64,000 bases of DNA from a bacterium. GTDB lineage: Bacteria; JADJOY01. The notes beneath the pieces are model-generated. The model was not told the origin of the DNA. It did no database searches and saw nothing but the letters and a program-made list of their open reading frames with translations. The DNA lies in contig JAXLQJ010000042.1 of NCBI GenBank assembly GCA_046331705.1, positions 1 to 64,000 on the forward strand, read 5' to 3'. Made by a program: the position numbers and the translations under genes. Below, in pieces: positions 8,538-17,710 of this stretch. Within the stretch, counting starts at the first letter, position 1, and every line of letters starts with the position of its first letter.

Positions 8538-10289
8538 ATGCCGCTGACCTCGACCTCATCGCTCGCCTCTCGGGGCGGGCCGTCACCTGCGCAGCCGATC
8601 GCCCCAAGCGTAGCGGTCGTCGCGCGTGACTGGCTTGGCGGGACCACGCCGACCCGTGTGGGCGTGGTCGTGCTGGGCGCACTCTTCGTCGGGTTGGTCT
8701 TCGCCCAGGGCTGGATCAACGAGGACGCATTCATCCTCTTTCGTACCGTCGACAACTTCCACCAGGGCCTGGGACTGCGCTGGAACGCGTTCGAACGCGT
8801 TCAATCCTACTCCTGCCCGTCTTGGACGTTGCTGCTGACGGCGTTCGACACCTTCGTACGCAATCCCTTCCTCTCCGCCATCCTGCTCTCGCTCGTGTGC
8901 GCTGCCGGCACGTACGCGGCATGTGTGGCGTGGTGTCGCGGCACCGCCCGCTGGCGCTTGCCGTTCCTGATGGGCTTGCTGATCAGCTCCAAGTCGTTCA
9001 TCGACTATTCCTCGTCCGGCCTCGAGAACCCGCTCGCGCATCTGCTGCTCGTGGCGGTCGCGGTCGCGTACCTCCGTCACGTCGCTGGGCCGCCAGCGGA
9101 CGGTCTTCGCTCCGCATACGCGTTGCTCGCCGCCGCGGCGCTGCTCGTGCTCACCCGCCAGGACATGGCGCTGATGGCCGCTCCGTTCGTGCTCCACGTG
9201 CTGGTGCGGTTGCTGCGCGCCATCGGCCCGAAGCGCGTGGCGATCGCGTGCTTGGCGTGCGGCATCCCGATCTGGCTCTGGGAGGCCTTCTCACTCCTCT
9301 ACTACGGCTTTCTGGTTCCCAACACGGCCTACGCCAAGCTCGGCCACGGCGGTGCGCGCGCGGTGATGAACCGCGAGGCGTGGCAGTACCTGATGGCGAC
9401 CATCCAGGCGGATCCGATCACGGTGGCGATCGTCGCGTGCGGCATCCTCACCGCCATCCTCGACGGGGATCTGCCGAGCGGGCTGCTGGTCGCCGGGGTC
9501 GTCGCCTACCTCCTCTATCTCGTCGACATCGGCGGCGATTGGATGCTCGGGCGGTTCGTCGCCGCGCCGGTCCTCGCGAGCTCGCTCGTCCTCGCCCGGC
9601 GTCTCGGCCCGCGCGCCGCTGCTCTCGCGGCAGGCGTGCTGCTCATCGCCAACGTCCGCGCGCCGCTTGCCCCCATCAAGTTCTGGACGCCCTACCCCGC
9701 GGAGACCGTTCATCTGTGGGGCGTGATCGACGCGAAAGCCGCGAAGTACGGTCCCAAGGAGGCGCGGCGACTCCTGTGGCGGGCGCGACCGTACGAAGAG
9801 GATCCCGTCTTCCAGGCCGGCGTTGCCTTCCGAAACAGCGCCGATGCGGTGGTGGTGCGCGGCGACGTGGGCCGATTCGGTTACGGTGCGGGGCCGGACA
9901 AGATCGTCGTGGACTCGATGGGCCTCACCGACCCGCTGCTGGCGCGGTTGCCCGCCGACCGCATCCGCCGCAGCGGCCACTATCAGCGGGACGTTCCCCC
10001 GGGCTACCTGGAGAGCTTGGTCACGGGCGAGAACCGCATCCGCGACGCAGGACTGGCCGCGTACTACGGCCACCTCAAGTCCGTGACGCAGGGCCCGCTC
10101 TTCTCGCCCGAGCGCCTGCGCGACGTGCTGGCCTTCAATCTCGGCCGCTACGATCACCTCAAGGCCGATTACGTCGAGCGGCATCGCGATCAAGTCCGCA
10201 GGTTGGACACGTGGTGGCTGATTCACGGCGGTCTACCGCCGCACGCGTCGCCGAGCCCGAGCGCGCCCACACCACCCGATCCCCATTGA
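8538..10289 (+). CDS. GT-C fold membrane glycosyltransferase, AftB-like
   Basis: W-x-x-ED-A-FI..RTVDN..G.GLRWN..ERV, SSSGLENP, YYG.LVPNTAYAK, GGDWM..RF and D.MGLTDPLLARL. About 10 TM segments. Start uncertain. Confidence 0.8.
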   Translation: MPLTSTSSLASRGGPSPAQPIAPSVAVVARDWLGGTTPTRVGVVVLGALFVGLVFAQGWINEDAFILFRTVDNFHQGLGLRWNAFERVQSYSCPSWTLLLTAFDTFVRNPFLSAILLSLVCAAGTYAACVAWCRGTARWRLPFLMGLLISSKSFIDYSSSGLENPLAHLLLVAVAVAYLRHVAGPPADGLRSAYALLAAAALLVLTRQDMALMAAPFVLHVLVRLLRAIGPKRVAIACLACGIPIWLWEAFSLLYYGFLVPNTAYAKLGHGGARAVMNREAWQYLMATIQADPITVAIVACGILTAILDGDLPSGLLVAGVVAYLLYLVDIGGDWMLGRFVAAPVLASSLVLARRLGPRAAALAAGVLLIANVRAPLAPIKFWTPYPAETVHLWGVIDAKAAKYGPKEARRLLWRARPYEEDPVFQAGVAFRNSADAVVVRGDVGRFGYGAGPDKIVVDSMGLTDPLLARLPADRIRRSGHYQRDVPPGYLESLVTGENRIRDAGLAAYYGHLKSVTQGPLFSPERLRDVLAFNLGRYDHLKADYVERHRDQVRRLDTWWLIHGGLPPHASPSPSAPTPPDPH

Positions 10290-10345
10290 CCGGGACGGCG
10301 GGCGACGCTGGTGCGGCGCCCGTTCCCAGGAGCGTGTCGACCCTC

Positions 10346-11491
10346 ATGCCCATCTCTCGGTTCGAGCGCCTCCGTGAACGAAGCGCGTGGAGGGGCGCCG
10401 CGGGCCTGGTCGCCGGCTCGCTCCTCGCGCTGCGCGGCGCCGCCGCGGCGCCGCTCTCGGAGGATCAGCTCTCGCGCACGCCGCGGGAGCGCCTTTGCTG
10501 CGCGTTCGGCCACGACCTCGACGCGGGCCTCGCAGCGGTGCCGATCACGGTCCACCTGGACAACGTGAAGAGCATCGAGGGGATCACGGCGCATTCGTAC
10601 GTGTCGCGGAGCAACGTCGAGGAGGTGGCGGAGCTCTTCGGCGAGAAATACGGGCTCGTCTACACGTGTCGCGGTGGATTCATCGACATCGCTCATGCGA
10701 GCGATTTCGCGGACTGGACGGCGTACCTGTCCGCGCAGATCGCGCGCACGACGACCGTCGAGCAGCAGCTCGTGCTTCCCTGCGCCGCCGGAACCGCGCG
10801 ACTCGTCATCCATCCGGTGGCGGCGGACGACCCGCGCGCCGGTCTCGAGAGCGCGCTCACGCTGGCGCAGCGGATCGCCTACGAGCTCTCGGTGCTGCAC
10901 GAGATCACGAGCTGGTTCGACGTCTCGACGTTCTCGATGGTTTCCGAGAAGGTCTCGGCGTTCTCCCCCGAGGACTCGTACTCGAACTTACTCGGGACCT
11001 ACGTCGGCCGACGCGCGGTGCTGAGCCCCCAACCCTACGACCAAGCAGCGCACGCGGAGCTGCGCGCGGCGCTGCGAGAGCTCGGCGCCGTCGACGTGGC
11101 GGATACACGCGCCGCGTTCGATCAGATCGCCGGACGCTGGTGGGACGGCACGAAGCGCCTCCCCGAGCCCACCGTGACGAAACGCCGCAACCTCGAGTGG
11201 GGGCCGACCGCGCTCGCTCCGTGGCGTGCGCCGAGCCCCCTCGACGCATGCGCCACGCCCGCGGGCGCGCCCGCCGAGGTCCTCGCGATCCCCACCCTCG
11301 ATCCCGTGACCCGTACCCCGCTGAGCTCCCGCTACCAGCTCGAGTTCCGCCTGGACCGCGAGCGGCTGCCCAAGACGTTCCCCTATCCGCACGAGAGCAA
11401 CGTGGTCACGCCGGCGGACTTCCCGGCGCTGGTCGAGGCGATCCGCGCCGACATCAAGCGCGAGATCGGCCCGGACGCGGATACGCCTTAG
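10346..11491 (+). CDS. DUF4056-like exported protein
   Basis: CCAFG, GLVYTCRGGFIDIAH..D.ADWT, HEI.SW and SAFSPED.YSNLLG blocks. N-terminal signal-like segment. Confidence 0.78.
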   Translation: MPISRFERLRERSAWRGAAGLVAGSLLALRGAAAAPLSEDQLSRTPRERLCCAFGHDLDAGLAAVPITVHLDNVKSIEGITAHSYVSRSNVEEVAELFGEKYGLVYTCRGGFIDIAHASDFADWTAYLSAQIARTTTVEQQLVLPCAAGTARLVIHPVAADDPRAGLESALTLAQRIAYELSVLHEITSWFDVSTFSMVSEKVSAFSPEDSYSNLLGTYVGRRAVLSPQPYDQAAHAELRAALRELGAVDVADTRAAFDQIAGRWWDGTKRLPEPTVTKRRNLEWGPTALAPWRAPSPLDACATPAGAPAEVLAIPTLDPVTRTPLSSRYQLEFRLDRERLPKTFPYPHESNVVTPADFPALVEAIRADIKREIGPDADTP

Positions 11492-11673
11492 GCGAGCGAT
11501 CACGAGCCGGCTTGGGCGTGCGGCCCCGGAAAAGGGCGAACCGCTTCCGGGCGAGGGTCCGTCGAGCCCCCCGAGCCGACGTGGCGCGAGGAGCCTGACG
11601 CGGTGCGAAGCACAACGCGCAACAGGCGTCCTCGCGCGCACGGCGAAACCGTGCGCGCTGGACCTCGAGAAGC

Positions 11674-13299
11674 TCAGACCTTGTGGCCGCCCGCGCTGGC
11701 GAGCGCCTTCGCCCAGGGGTAGTCGGGCTTCCCCGCCGGCGAGCGCACCATCTTCTCGACCACGTGCAGCTCGCGCGGGCATTTGTAGCCCGCCACGTGC
11801 TTCCGCGCGTGGGCGTCGAGATCGGCCATCGTGAGCGAGTGGCCGGGCCGAAGCTCGACGATGGCGGCAACGCGCTCACCCCAGCGGGTGTCGGGTACGC
11901 CCACCACCACGCAATCGTAGATCGCGGGATGGGCCTTGAGCGCGATCTCGACCTCTTCCGGGTAGACCTTCTCGCCGCCGGTGTTGATGCACACCGAGCC
12001 ACGACCGAACACCGTGATGCGCCCGTCTTCCTCGACGGTCCCGAGATCGCCGACCAGCACCCAGCGCTCACCGTCGAGCGTGACGAAGGTGGCGGCGCTC
12101 TTCTTCTCGTCCTTGTAGTAGCCGACCGGGATGTGGCCGCGCAGCGCCAATCTCCCGACTACGCCCGAGCCGGGCGCGAGCGGCTTGCCGTCGTCGCCGA
12201 GCACGGCCGCGCGCTCGTTCATCAGGAAGCGGATGCCGGTCTTGGCGTCGGGACCGGAGACGCGCTCGCCGCTCATGCCGAGCGAGCCGGTCTCCGAGGA
12301 ACCGAAGTTGTCCATGATCATGAGGCTCGGCAGCAGCCGCTGGAACTCGGCCTTGACCGAGTCCGAGAACGCGGCGCCGGAGGACGCGAGCACGAACAGC
12401 GACGAAGCGTCGTAGCTGGCGCCGTCGCGGCCCAGCTCCTCGATCATCGGCCGCGCCATGGCGTCGCCGACGATGTTGATCGAGTTCACCCGCTCTTGCT
12501 CGATGAGCTGCCACACGCGCACCGGGTCGAACTTGGAGAGCAGCACCGAGCGGTCGCCCCAGTTGAAGGTGATGAGCACCGCGAGCTGCGCCGCGCCGTG
12601 GATCAGCGGCGGAACGGAGAAGATGGTCGCGTGGTAGCGCTCCTTGGCGTTGGCGACGAGCTGCGCCGGGCTCTCGACCGGCGGCCCCGCTGGATTGCCG
12701 CCACCGAGCCCCGCGAAGAAGAGATCCTCGTGGCGCCACATCACGCCCTTCGGCATGCCGGTGGTGCCTCCGGTGTAGATGATGAAGAGATCGTCGGCGG
12801 AGCGCGGGGCGAAATCCCGCGCCGGGGACGCCGCCGCGAGCGCGCTCTCGTACTCGACCGACCCGGTGGCCGCGAGATCCGCGCCGCTGCCGTCCTCGAC
12901 GGCGATGCAGGCTCGGAGCTTCGGGAGCCCGCCGCGAATGGCTGCCAGCCGCGGCGCGAACTGCCGCTCGTGGATCACCGCCACGAGGTCGGCGTCGTTC
13001 ATCAGGTAACGAAGCTCTTCCTCGACGTAGCGGTAGTTCACGTTGATGGGCACGGCGCGGATCTTGAGCGCCGCGAGCATGCCCTCGACGTACTCGTTGC
13101 CGTTGAAGAGATAGAGCCCGACGTGCTCGCCCGCCTGGACGCCGAGGGACTGCAGCGCGTGCGCGAGGCGGTTGGTGCGCGCTTCGAGCTGGGCGTAGGT
13201 GAAGCGCTTGGTGCCGTCGACGATCAGCGCTTCGGTGTCGGGCAACCCGTCGACGATCGACTCGAAGAGATCCGCGAAGTTGTATTGCGTCGCCGGCAT
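11674..13299 (-). CDS. fadD19: acyl-CoA synthetase, FadD19-like (steroid-CoA ligase)
   Basis: YNFADLFE N-terminus, NVNYRYVEEEL, IIYTGGTTGMPKGVMWRHED, GRGSVCINTGGEKVYPEEVE and GKPDY. In an operon with ltp3/ltp4. Confidence 0.88.
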   Translation of the reverse strand: MPATQYNFADLFESIVDGLPDTEALIVDGTKRFTYAQLEARTNRLAHALQSLGVQAGEHVGLYLFNGNEYVEGMLAALKIRAVPINVNYRYVEEELRYLMNDADLVAVIHERQFAPRLAAIRGGLPKLRACIAVEDGSGADLAATGSVEYESALAAASPARDFAPRSADDLFIIYTGGTTGMPKGVMWRHEDLFFAGLGGGNPAGPPVESPAQLVANAKERYHATIFSVPPLIHGAAQLAVLITFNWGDRSVLLSKFDPVRVWQLIEQERVNSINIVGDAMARPMIEELGRDGASYDASSLFVLASSGAAFSDSVKAEFQRLLPSLMIMDNFGSSETGSLGMSGERVSGPDAKTGIRFLMNERAAVLGDDGKPLAPGSGVVGRLALRGHIPVGYYKDEKKSAATFVTLDGERWVLVGDLGTVEEDGRITVFGRGSVCINTGGEKVYPEEVEIALKAHPAIYDCVVVGVPDTRWGERVAAIVELRPGHSLTMADLDAHARKHVAGYKCPRELHVVEKMVRSPAGKPDYPWAKALASAGGHKV

Positions 13300-13313
13300 C
13301 GGGAGTTCCGACC

Positions 13314-14471
13314 TCAGGGCTTCTCGGAGCCCACGATCCACATCGAGAAGAACTGCGAGCCGCCGCCGTACGCGTGGCCGAGGGCGATCTTGGCCCCGTC
13401 CACCTGGTGCTCGCCCGCCTGTCCGCGCACCTGCAGCGCGGCCTCGGCGAAGCGGATCATGCCCGAGGCACCGATCGGATTGCTCGAGAGCACGCCACCC
13501 GAGCAGTTGATCGGCAGCTTCCCGCCGAGCGCGGTCCAGCCTTCCTGGACCGGCTTCCACCCTTCGTTCTCCGGCGTGAATCCCAGGTTCTCGAGCCACA
13601 TCGGCTCGAACCACGAGAACGGCACGTAGATCTCGGCCACGTCGATCTGGTCCATCGGCTTGGTGATGCCCGCCTGGGCATAGAGCGCCTTGGCGCAGTC
13701 CTTGCCCGCCTGCGGGTTCACCTGGTCGCGGCCCGCGAACGCGGTGGGCTCGCTGCGCATCGCCGTCGCGTGCACCCACGCAGGGCGGTGCGGCGCCTTG
13801 CTCGCCAGCTTCTCGCTGGTCATCACCATCGCGACCGCGCCGTCCGAGGAGGGGCAGGTCTCGTGGTAGCGGATGGGATCCCACAGCATCGGCGAGCTGG
13901 CGATGTCGTCGTACGTGACCCCAGGCATCTGCAGGTGCGCGTACGGGTTGCGGTTGGCGTTCTGCCGATCCTTGAGCGCGACCAGCACGCCGGTGTTCTC
14001 CGGCGCGCCCGAGCGGCGGATGTAGCCGCGGATGAGCGGCGCGAAGTATCCACCGGCGCCGAACACCACCGTGGGCTGGAGCGGGATGCGGGGCGAGAGC
14101 GCCCACATCGCGTTCGACTCGCTCTGCTTCTCGAACGCCACCGTCAGCACGCGGTCGTGGACCCCCGCCTGGATCAGGCTGGCGGCGACGATCGCGGTGG
14201 ACCCGCCCACGCTACCCGCGGTGTGAACCCGGAGCATCGGCTTGCCGACCGAGCCGAGCGCGTCCGCGAGGTAGAGCTCGGGCATCATCACGCCTTCGAA
14301 CGTGTCGGGCGCCTTGCCCAGCACCACCGCGTCGATGTCGCGGAAGGTGAGCCCCGCGTCCTCCAGGGCTCGAATCGCCGCCTCGCGCACCAGCCCCGCG
14401 AGCGAGACGTCGATGCGCTTGGTGTCGTACTTGGTCTGGCCGATGCCGACGATCGCGCACGCGTTGCTCAT
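13314..14471 (-). CDS. ltp3: thiolase-fold (SCP-x-like) protein, Ltp3-like retro-aldolase subunit
   Basis: GKAPD.FEGVMMPEL, RVHTAGSVGGST, ETCPSSDGA, EIYVPFSWFEPMWLE, SNPIGASG and GHAYGGGSQ. Start overlaps the ltp4 stop (TGATG). Confidence 0.88.
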   Translation of the reverse strand: MSNACAIVGIGQTKYDTKRIDVSLAGLVREAAIRALEDAGLTFRDIDAVVLGKAPDTFEGVMMPELYLADALGSVGKPMLRVHTAGSVGGSTAIVAASLIQAGVHDRVLTVAFEKQSESNAMWALSPRIPLQPTVVFGAGGYFAPLIRGYIRRSGAPENTGVLVALKDRQNANRNPYAHLQMPGVTYDDIASSPMLWDPIRYHETCPSSDGAVAMVMTSEKLASKAPHRPAWVHATAMRSEPTAFAGRDQVNPQAGKDCAKALYAQAGITKPMDQIDVAEIYVPFSWFEPMWLENLGFTPENEGWKPVQEGWTALGGKLPINCSGGVLSSNPIGASGMIRFAEAALQVRGQAGEHQVDGAKIALGHAYGGGSQFFSMWIVGSEKP

Positions 14472-15526
14472 CACGCACCCTCCAGCACGCACACCAGGTT
14501 CTGCTGCAGACACGGCCCCGAGGTCGCGTGCGCGACGCCGCGCTTGGCCTCGCCGGCATGGATGCGCGTCGCCACCTCGCCCATGCGGATCAGGCCGGCC
14601 GACATGATCGGATGCGCCGCCAGCGCGCCACCCGAGGGGTTCACCGCCGCGCCCGCGGGCAGCCCGAGCGCGTCCAGCACGATCAACTCCTGGTGCGTGA
14701 ACGGCGCGTAGATCTCCGCGACGTCGACGGCGGCCTTCGCGACGCCGACCTTGTCGGCGGCGAGCGCCGTGGACGCGGACTTGGTGAGATCGCGGAACCC
14801 CGGGTACTGGGCCTCGATGCGATGGTCGATGCCGCGGATCCACGCCGGGCGCTTGCACACCTCGCGGGCGTAGTCGCCGGCGGCGAGCACCACCACCGCG
14901 CAGGCGTCCGAGATCGGCGGGCAGTCGTGGGCGCGCAGCGGCGAGGCGATGTACGGCTCGGCGAGCAACGCGTCGACGTCCGAATCGCCCTTCACCTGCG
15001 CCATCGGATTCGACTTCGCGTTGCGCCGATTGCGCACCGCGACCTGCGCGAGGTCGCGCTCGGACTTGCCGGACGCCTCCAGGTACGCGCGCGCCTGGAC
15101 CGCCGCCAGGCTCACCGCGTCCGGCCAGAGCGGCGCCAGGTAGTAGGGATCGAGCTGCATGCACATCACGTCGGGGACCGGCCCCAGCGACGAGCGGCCG
15201 AACGCGTAGACCACCGCGGCGTCGAGCTGCTCGTGCTGCATGCGGATCCACGCCTCGTAGAGCGCCCACGCGCCGTCCATCTCGACGTGGCTCTCGGCGA
15301 TCGGCGGCCACGCTCCCACCGCGTCCAGCGCGCCCACGAACGAGAACGGCTGGCCGGTGAGGAAGTCGGTCGATCCCGAGCACCAGAAGCCCACGCGCTC
15401 GCGCTTCACGTTGGAGCGCGCGAGCGCCTCGGCGATCACCGGCATCAGCATCTCGACGTCGTTGCGGGCCGGCTCGCGCCGGATGCTCGGCGACTGGGCA
15501 AACGAAACGATCGCGACGTCGCGCAT
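14471..15526 (-). CDS. ltp4: thiolase-fold protein, Ltp4-like
   Basis: GFWCSGS.D.L.G..FSF, ESHVEMDGAWALYEAW, QLDPY, GIDHRIE and AHATSGPCLQQNLV. Start overlaps the upstream stop (TGATG). Confidence 0.88.
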   Translation of the reverse strand: MRDVAIVSFAQSPSIRREPARNDVEMLMPVIAEALARSNVKRERVGFWCSGSTDFLTGQPFSFVGALDAVGAWPPIAESHVEMDGAWALYEAWIRMQHEQLDAAVVYAFGRSSLGPVPDVMCMQLDPYYLAPLWPDAVSLAAVQARAYLEASGKSERDLAQVAVRNRRNAKSNPMAQVKGDSDVDALLAEPYIASPLRAHDCPPISDACAVVVLAAGDYAREVCKRPAWIRGIDHRIEAQYPGFRDLTKSASTALAADKVGVAKAAVDVAEIYAPFTHQELIVLDALGLPAGAAVNPSGGALAAHPIMSAGLIRMGEVATRIHAGEAKRGVAHATSGPCLQQNLVCVLEGA

Positions 15527-16026
15527 CACAGGTGCTCCTTGTAGGAATCGAACGGCGCGTCCGGCTCACCCGTGGGCTTGAAATGGCGGATGCTCTCCAG
15601 GCTGGCTCGAAGCTCCGCGCGCGGGACCCACACGGCTTCCACGCGCATCCCCATGCGCACCTCCTCCACCGGGATCTCGCGGATCACGTGATAGAAGGTG
15701 TTGTCGGCGCCGTCGAGAAGGATCGACGCGCACACGAAGGGCAGCTCGATGTCGATGCCCTCCGACGGAACGCGCACGATGCTGAAGGACGTCACGGTGC
15801 CGCGATCCTCGACCTTCGCCTCGTCGATCGTGGGCGCGCCGCATTTCGGGCACGAGCCGCGCGGCGACACGTAGACCTTCCGGCACTGGGTGCAGCGCAG
15901 GCCGAGGATCCTGCCCTCGGCGATCCCGCGCAGGAATCGCGACGCGCCCACGCCGGGCGTGAACTGGAACGTCAGGTGGATGGGAGTCTCGATCCGCTTG
16001 ACGATCTCCTTCGGGGCGTCACTCAT
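15526..16026 (-). CDS. DUF35 Zn-ribbon/OB-fold protein (like the C-terminal half of Rv3521)
   Basis: CTQC...CPKC zinc ribbon, GTVTSFSIV, ILLDGAD, GMRVEAVW, ends GEPDAP..Y..HL. ATGA overlap with the upstream gene. Confidence 0.88.
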   Translation of the reverse strand: MSDAPKEIVKRIETPIHLTFQFTPGVGASRFLRGIAEGRILGLRCTQCRKVYVSPRGSCPKCGAPTIDEAKVEDRGTVTSFSIVRVPSEGIDIELPFVCASILLDGADNTFYHVIREIPVEEVRMGMRVEAVWVPRAELRASLESIRHFKPTGEPDAPFDSYKEHL

Positions 16027-16496
16027 CGGCTGCCCTCCGGAACGAAGCACTCGACGTCGCGCATGTCGCCGACGGTGGTCTCGCGCCAGCGCGGCGTGAC
16101 GCGCATCCCGGACTTCATCCCCGCCTCGGCTCCGGCGTCGACCACGTGCAGCAGCGCGGTGCTCGCGCCATCCAGCTGGATCAGCGCCCACGCGAACGGC
16201 CGCTGCAAGGGGTGCTTGGCACGCGGCACGGACACCCACGACCAGCTCTTCACCACTCCGCCCGGACCGACCTCGGTCCAACCGCCCTCCCCGCCGAGCG
16301 CTTCACCCGACGCGGGGTCGTAGTCGAGGGGCGGGCAGATCACGCGCCCGTCGGCGGCGCGCACCGCCTCGAACCGCCGCCCCTTGAGCCCCCCGAAGAA
16401 GCGGCCCAGGACCGGTCCCACCGAGCGCTTGTACGGATACTCGAGATCGTAGGGCGCCCACATCGACTCGGCGCCCGCAGCTGCGGATTGGGTCAT
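16023..16496 (-). CDS. DUF35 OB-fold protein (like the N-terminal half of Rv3521, Cys-poor ribbon)
   Basis: LEYPYKRSVGP, DGRV..PP..YDP.SGEAL, PFAWALIQLDGA.T.LLH.VD. GGAGG SD. Confidence 0.87.
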   Translation of the reverse strand: MTQSAAAGAESMWAPYDLEYPYKRSVGPVLGRFFGGLKGRRFEAVRAADGRVICPPLDYDPASGEALGGEGGWTEVGPGGVVKSWSWVSVPRAKHPLQRPFAWALIQLDGASTALLHVVDAGAEAGMKSGMRVTPRWRETTVGDMRDVECFVPEGSR

Positions 16497-16587
16497 CGGC
16501 GTCCTCCCGTGTCCGGGATCGGAAGATGGCGACGAGCGGCGCGCGTGAAGCCTCGGCGCGCGCCGCCGCCCGGTTTCGTGCGCGAGC

Positions 16588-17586
16588 TCAGGCGGCCTGC
16601 GTGGAGCCCGCGTCTGCGCGATAGACCGGCAAGAACTGCCGGGCCCACTTTCGATAGAGGCCGATGGGGCCGTCGTTGTCGCACAGGATCGGCTTGTCGA
16701 TGAAGATCTTGTTCTCCCAGATGCGTTGATCTTCCTCGACTTGCTTCTGGATGTCGTCGACGACCTGGTTGCCGATGAAGTCGGTCATCGCCGGGTCCTC
16801 GAACTTCTTCACCGCGAAGGCGAAGCGCGCGTCCACCCACTCGCCGTCCACGGGAGTCACGGTGGCGATGGTGATGACCTCGGCGGCGAGATGCAGCCGC
16901 ACCACGGAGAACCCGAAGCCGTGGGTCTCGACGTCGATCGAGCCGTCCATCGTGTCCTCGCCCATGCCCCAGCGGCTCAGGTCCACCTGCACGTCGCAGT
17001 GGGTGCGGAACACGTGGCCGTCGATGCGAGCGTCCGTGCAGGTCGCCGTCATCGTCTTGTGCAGGTACTTGAAGTGCGGCGCGTCGACGCTGTTCTCCGC
17101 CATCTCCATGTTGTGGGTGCGGATGCGATACACGCGCGTCCGGTACTCGGTCCACTCGGGGTTCTGGTATTCGGGAAGGTCCGGCAGATCGAAGCGCGGC
17201 GCCGCGCCGCTCGGATCGTGGTGGACCATGATCAGGCCGTTGCGCTCCTGGATGAGCCACGGATTGATCTTCGCGTTGGACGGCATGCGCGTGGCGTACG
17301 GCACCTCGTCGCAGGCCCCCGTGCAGTCGTAGCGCCAGGCGTGGAACGGACAGCGGATCGACTCACCCTCGACCGTGCCGCCGTGCCCGAGATGGGCGCC
17401 GAGGTGGGGACAGAACGCATCGAGCAGGTACGGCTTACCGCTCTCCCCGCGATAGAGAACCATGTGCTTGCCGAAGGCCTGCACCGGGCGCGCCTCTCCG
17501 ACCGCGAGCTCGTGCGAATAGCCGACCTGGAACCAGCCCACCGGAAACGGCGAGAACGGGAACCGCGAGTTCCACACCTCCGTCAT
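16588..17586 (-). CDS. Rieske 2Fe-2S sterol oxygenase (KshA/Neverland-DAF-36 family)
   Basis: Rieske motifs CPHLGAH and CPFH, mononuclear Fe motif ENSVDAPHFKYLH, C-terminal ED..IWENK..P.LC..DGPI..YRKW..QF. GGAGGAG SD. Confidence 0.9.
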   Translation of the reverse strand: MTEVWNSRFPFSPFPVGWFQVGYSHELAVGEARPVQAFGKHMVLYRGESGKPYLLDAFCPHLGAHLGHGGTVEGESIRCPFHAWRYDCTGACDEVPYATRMPSNAKINPWLIQERNGLIMVHHDPSGAAPRFDLPDLPEYQNPEWTEYRTRVYRIRTHNMEMAENSVDAPHFKYLHKTMTATCTDARIDGHVFRTHCDVQVDLSRWGMGEDTMDGSIDVETHGFGFSVVRLHLAAEVITIATVTPVDGEWVDARFAFAVKKFEDPAMTDFIGNQVVDDIQKQVEEDQRIWENKIFIDKPILCDNDGPIGLYRKWARQFLPVYRADAGSTQAA

Positions 17587-17621
17587 GACTCCTCCACCTC
17601 GAGAGCGCGCGAAGGCGCTTG

Positions 17622-17635
17622 TAGAACATGTTCTA
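17622..17635. promoter_or_regulatory. KstR-type operator, perfect palindrome TAGAACATGTTCTA
   Basis: Perfect 14-bp palindrome matching TnnAACnnGTTnnA between the Rieske/ltp operon and the ALDH gene. Confidence 0.8.
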
Positions 17636-17647
17636 TTTCGGCTAGGG

Positions 17648-17661
17648 TAGAACACGTTTCA
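17648..17661. promoter_or_regulatory. KstR-type operator TAGAACACGTTTCA
   Basis: Exact consensus match starting 26 bp after the start of the previous site. Confidence 0.75.
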
Positions 17662-17710
17662 CTCGAGGGCAAGTGCGCGTAAGTCGCCCGAAGAAAGGCA
17701 AAAAGCGTCC

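Noticed and set aside
11674-15569. FadD19-Ltp or Ltp4-Ltp3 fusion proteins suggested by the 810-aa and 751-aa ORFs
   Set aside because: The extensions are out-of-frame read-through over neighbouring genes. The real starts have TGATG coupling or family-typical N-termini.
17622-17661. GAAC..GTTC palindromes as LexA/SOS boxes
   Set aside because: Gram-positive LexA boxes are GAAC-N4-GTTC. These have an N2 spacer, fit the KstR consensus and flank lipid genes.
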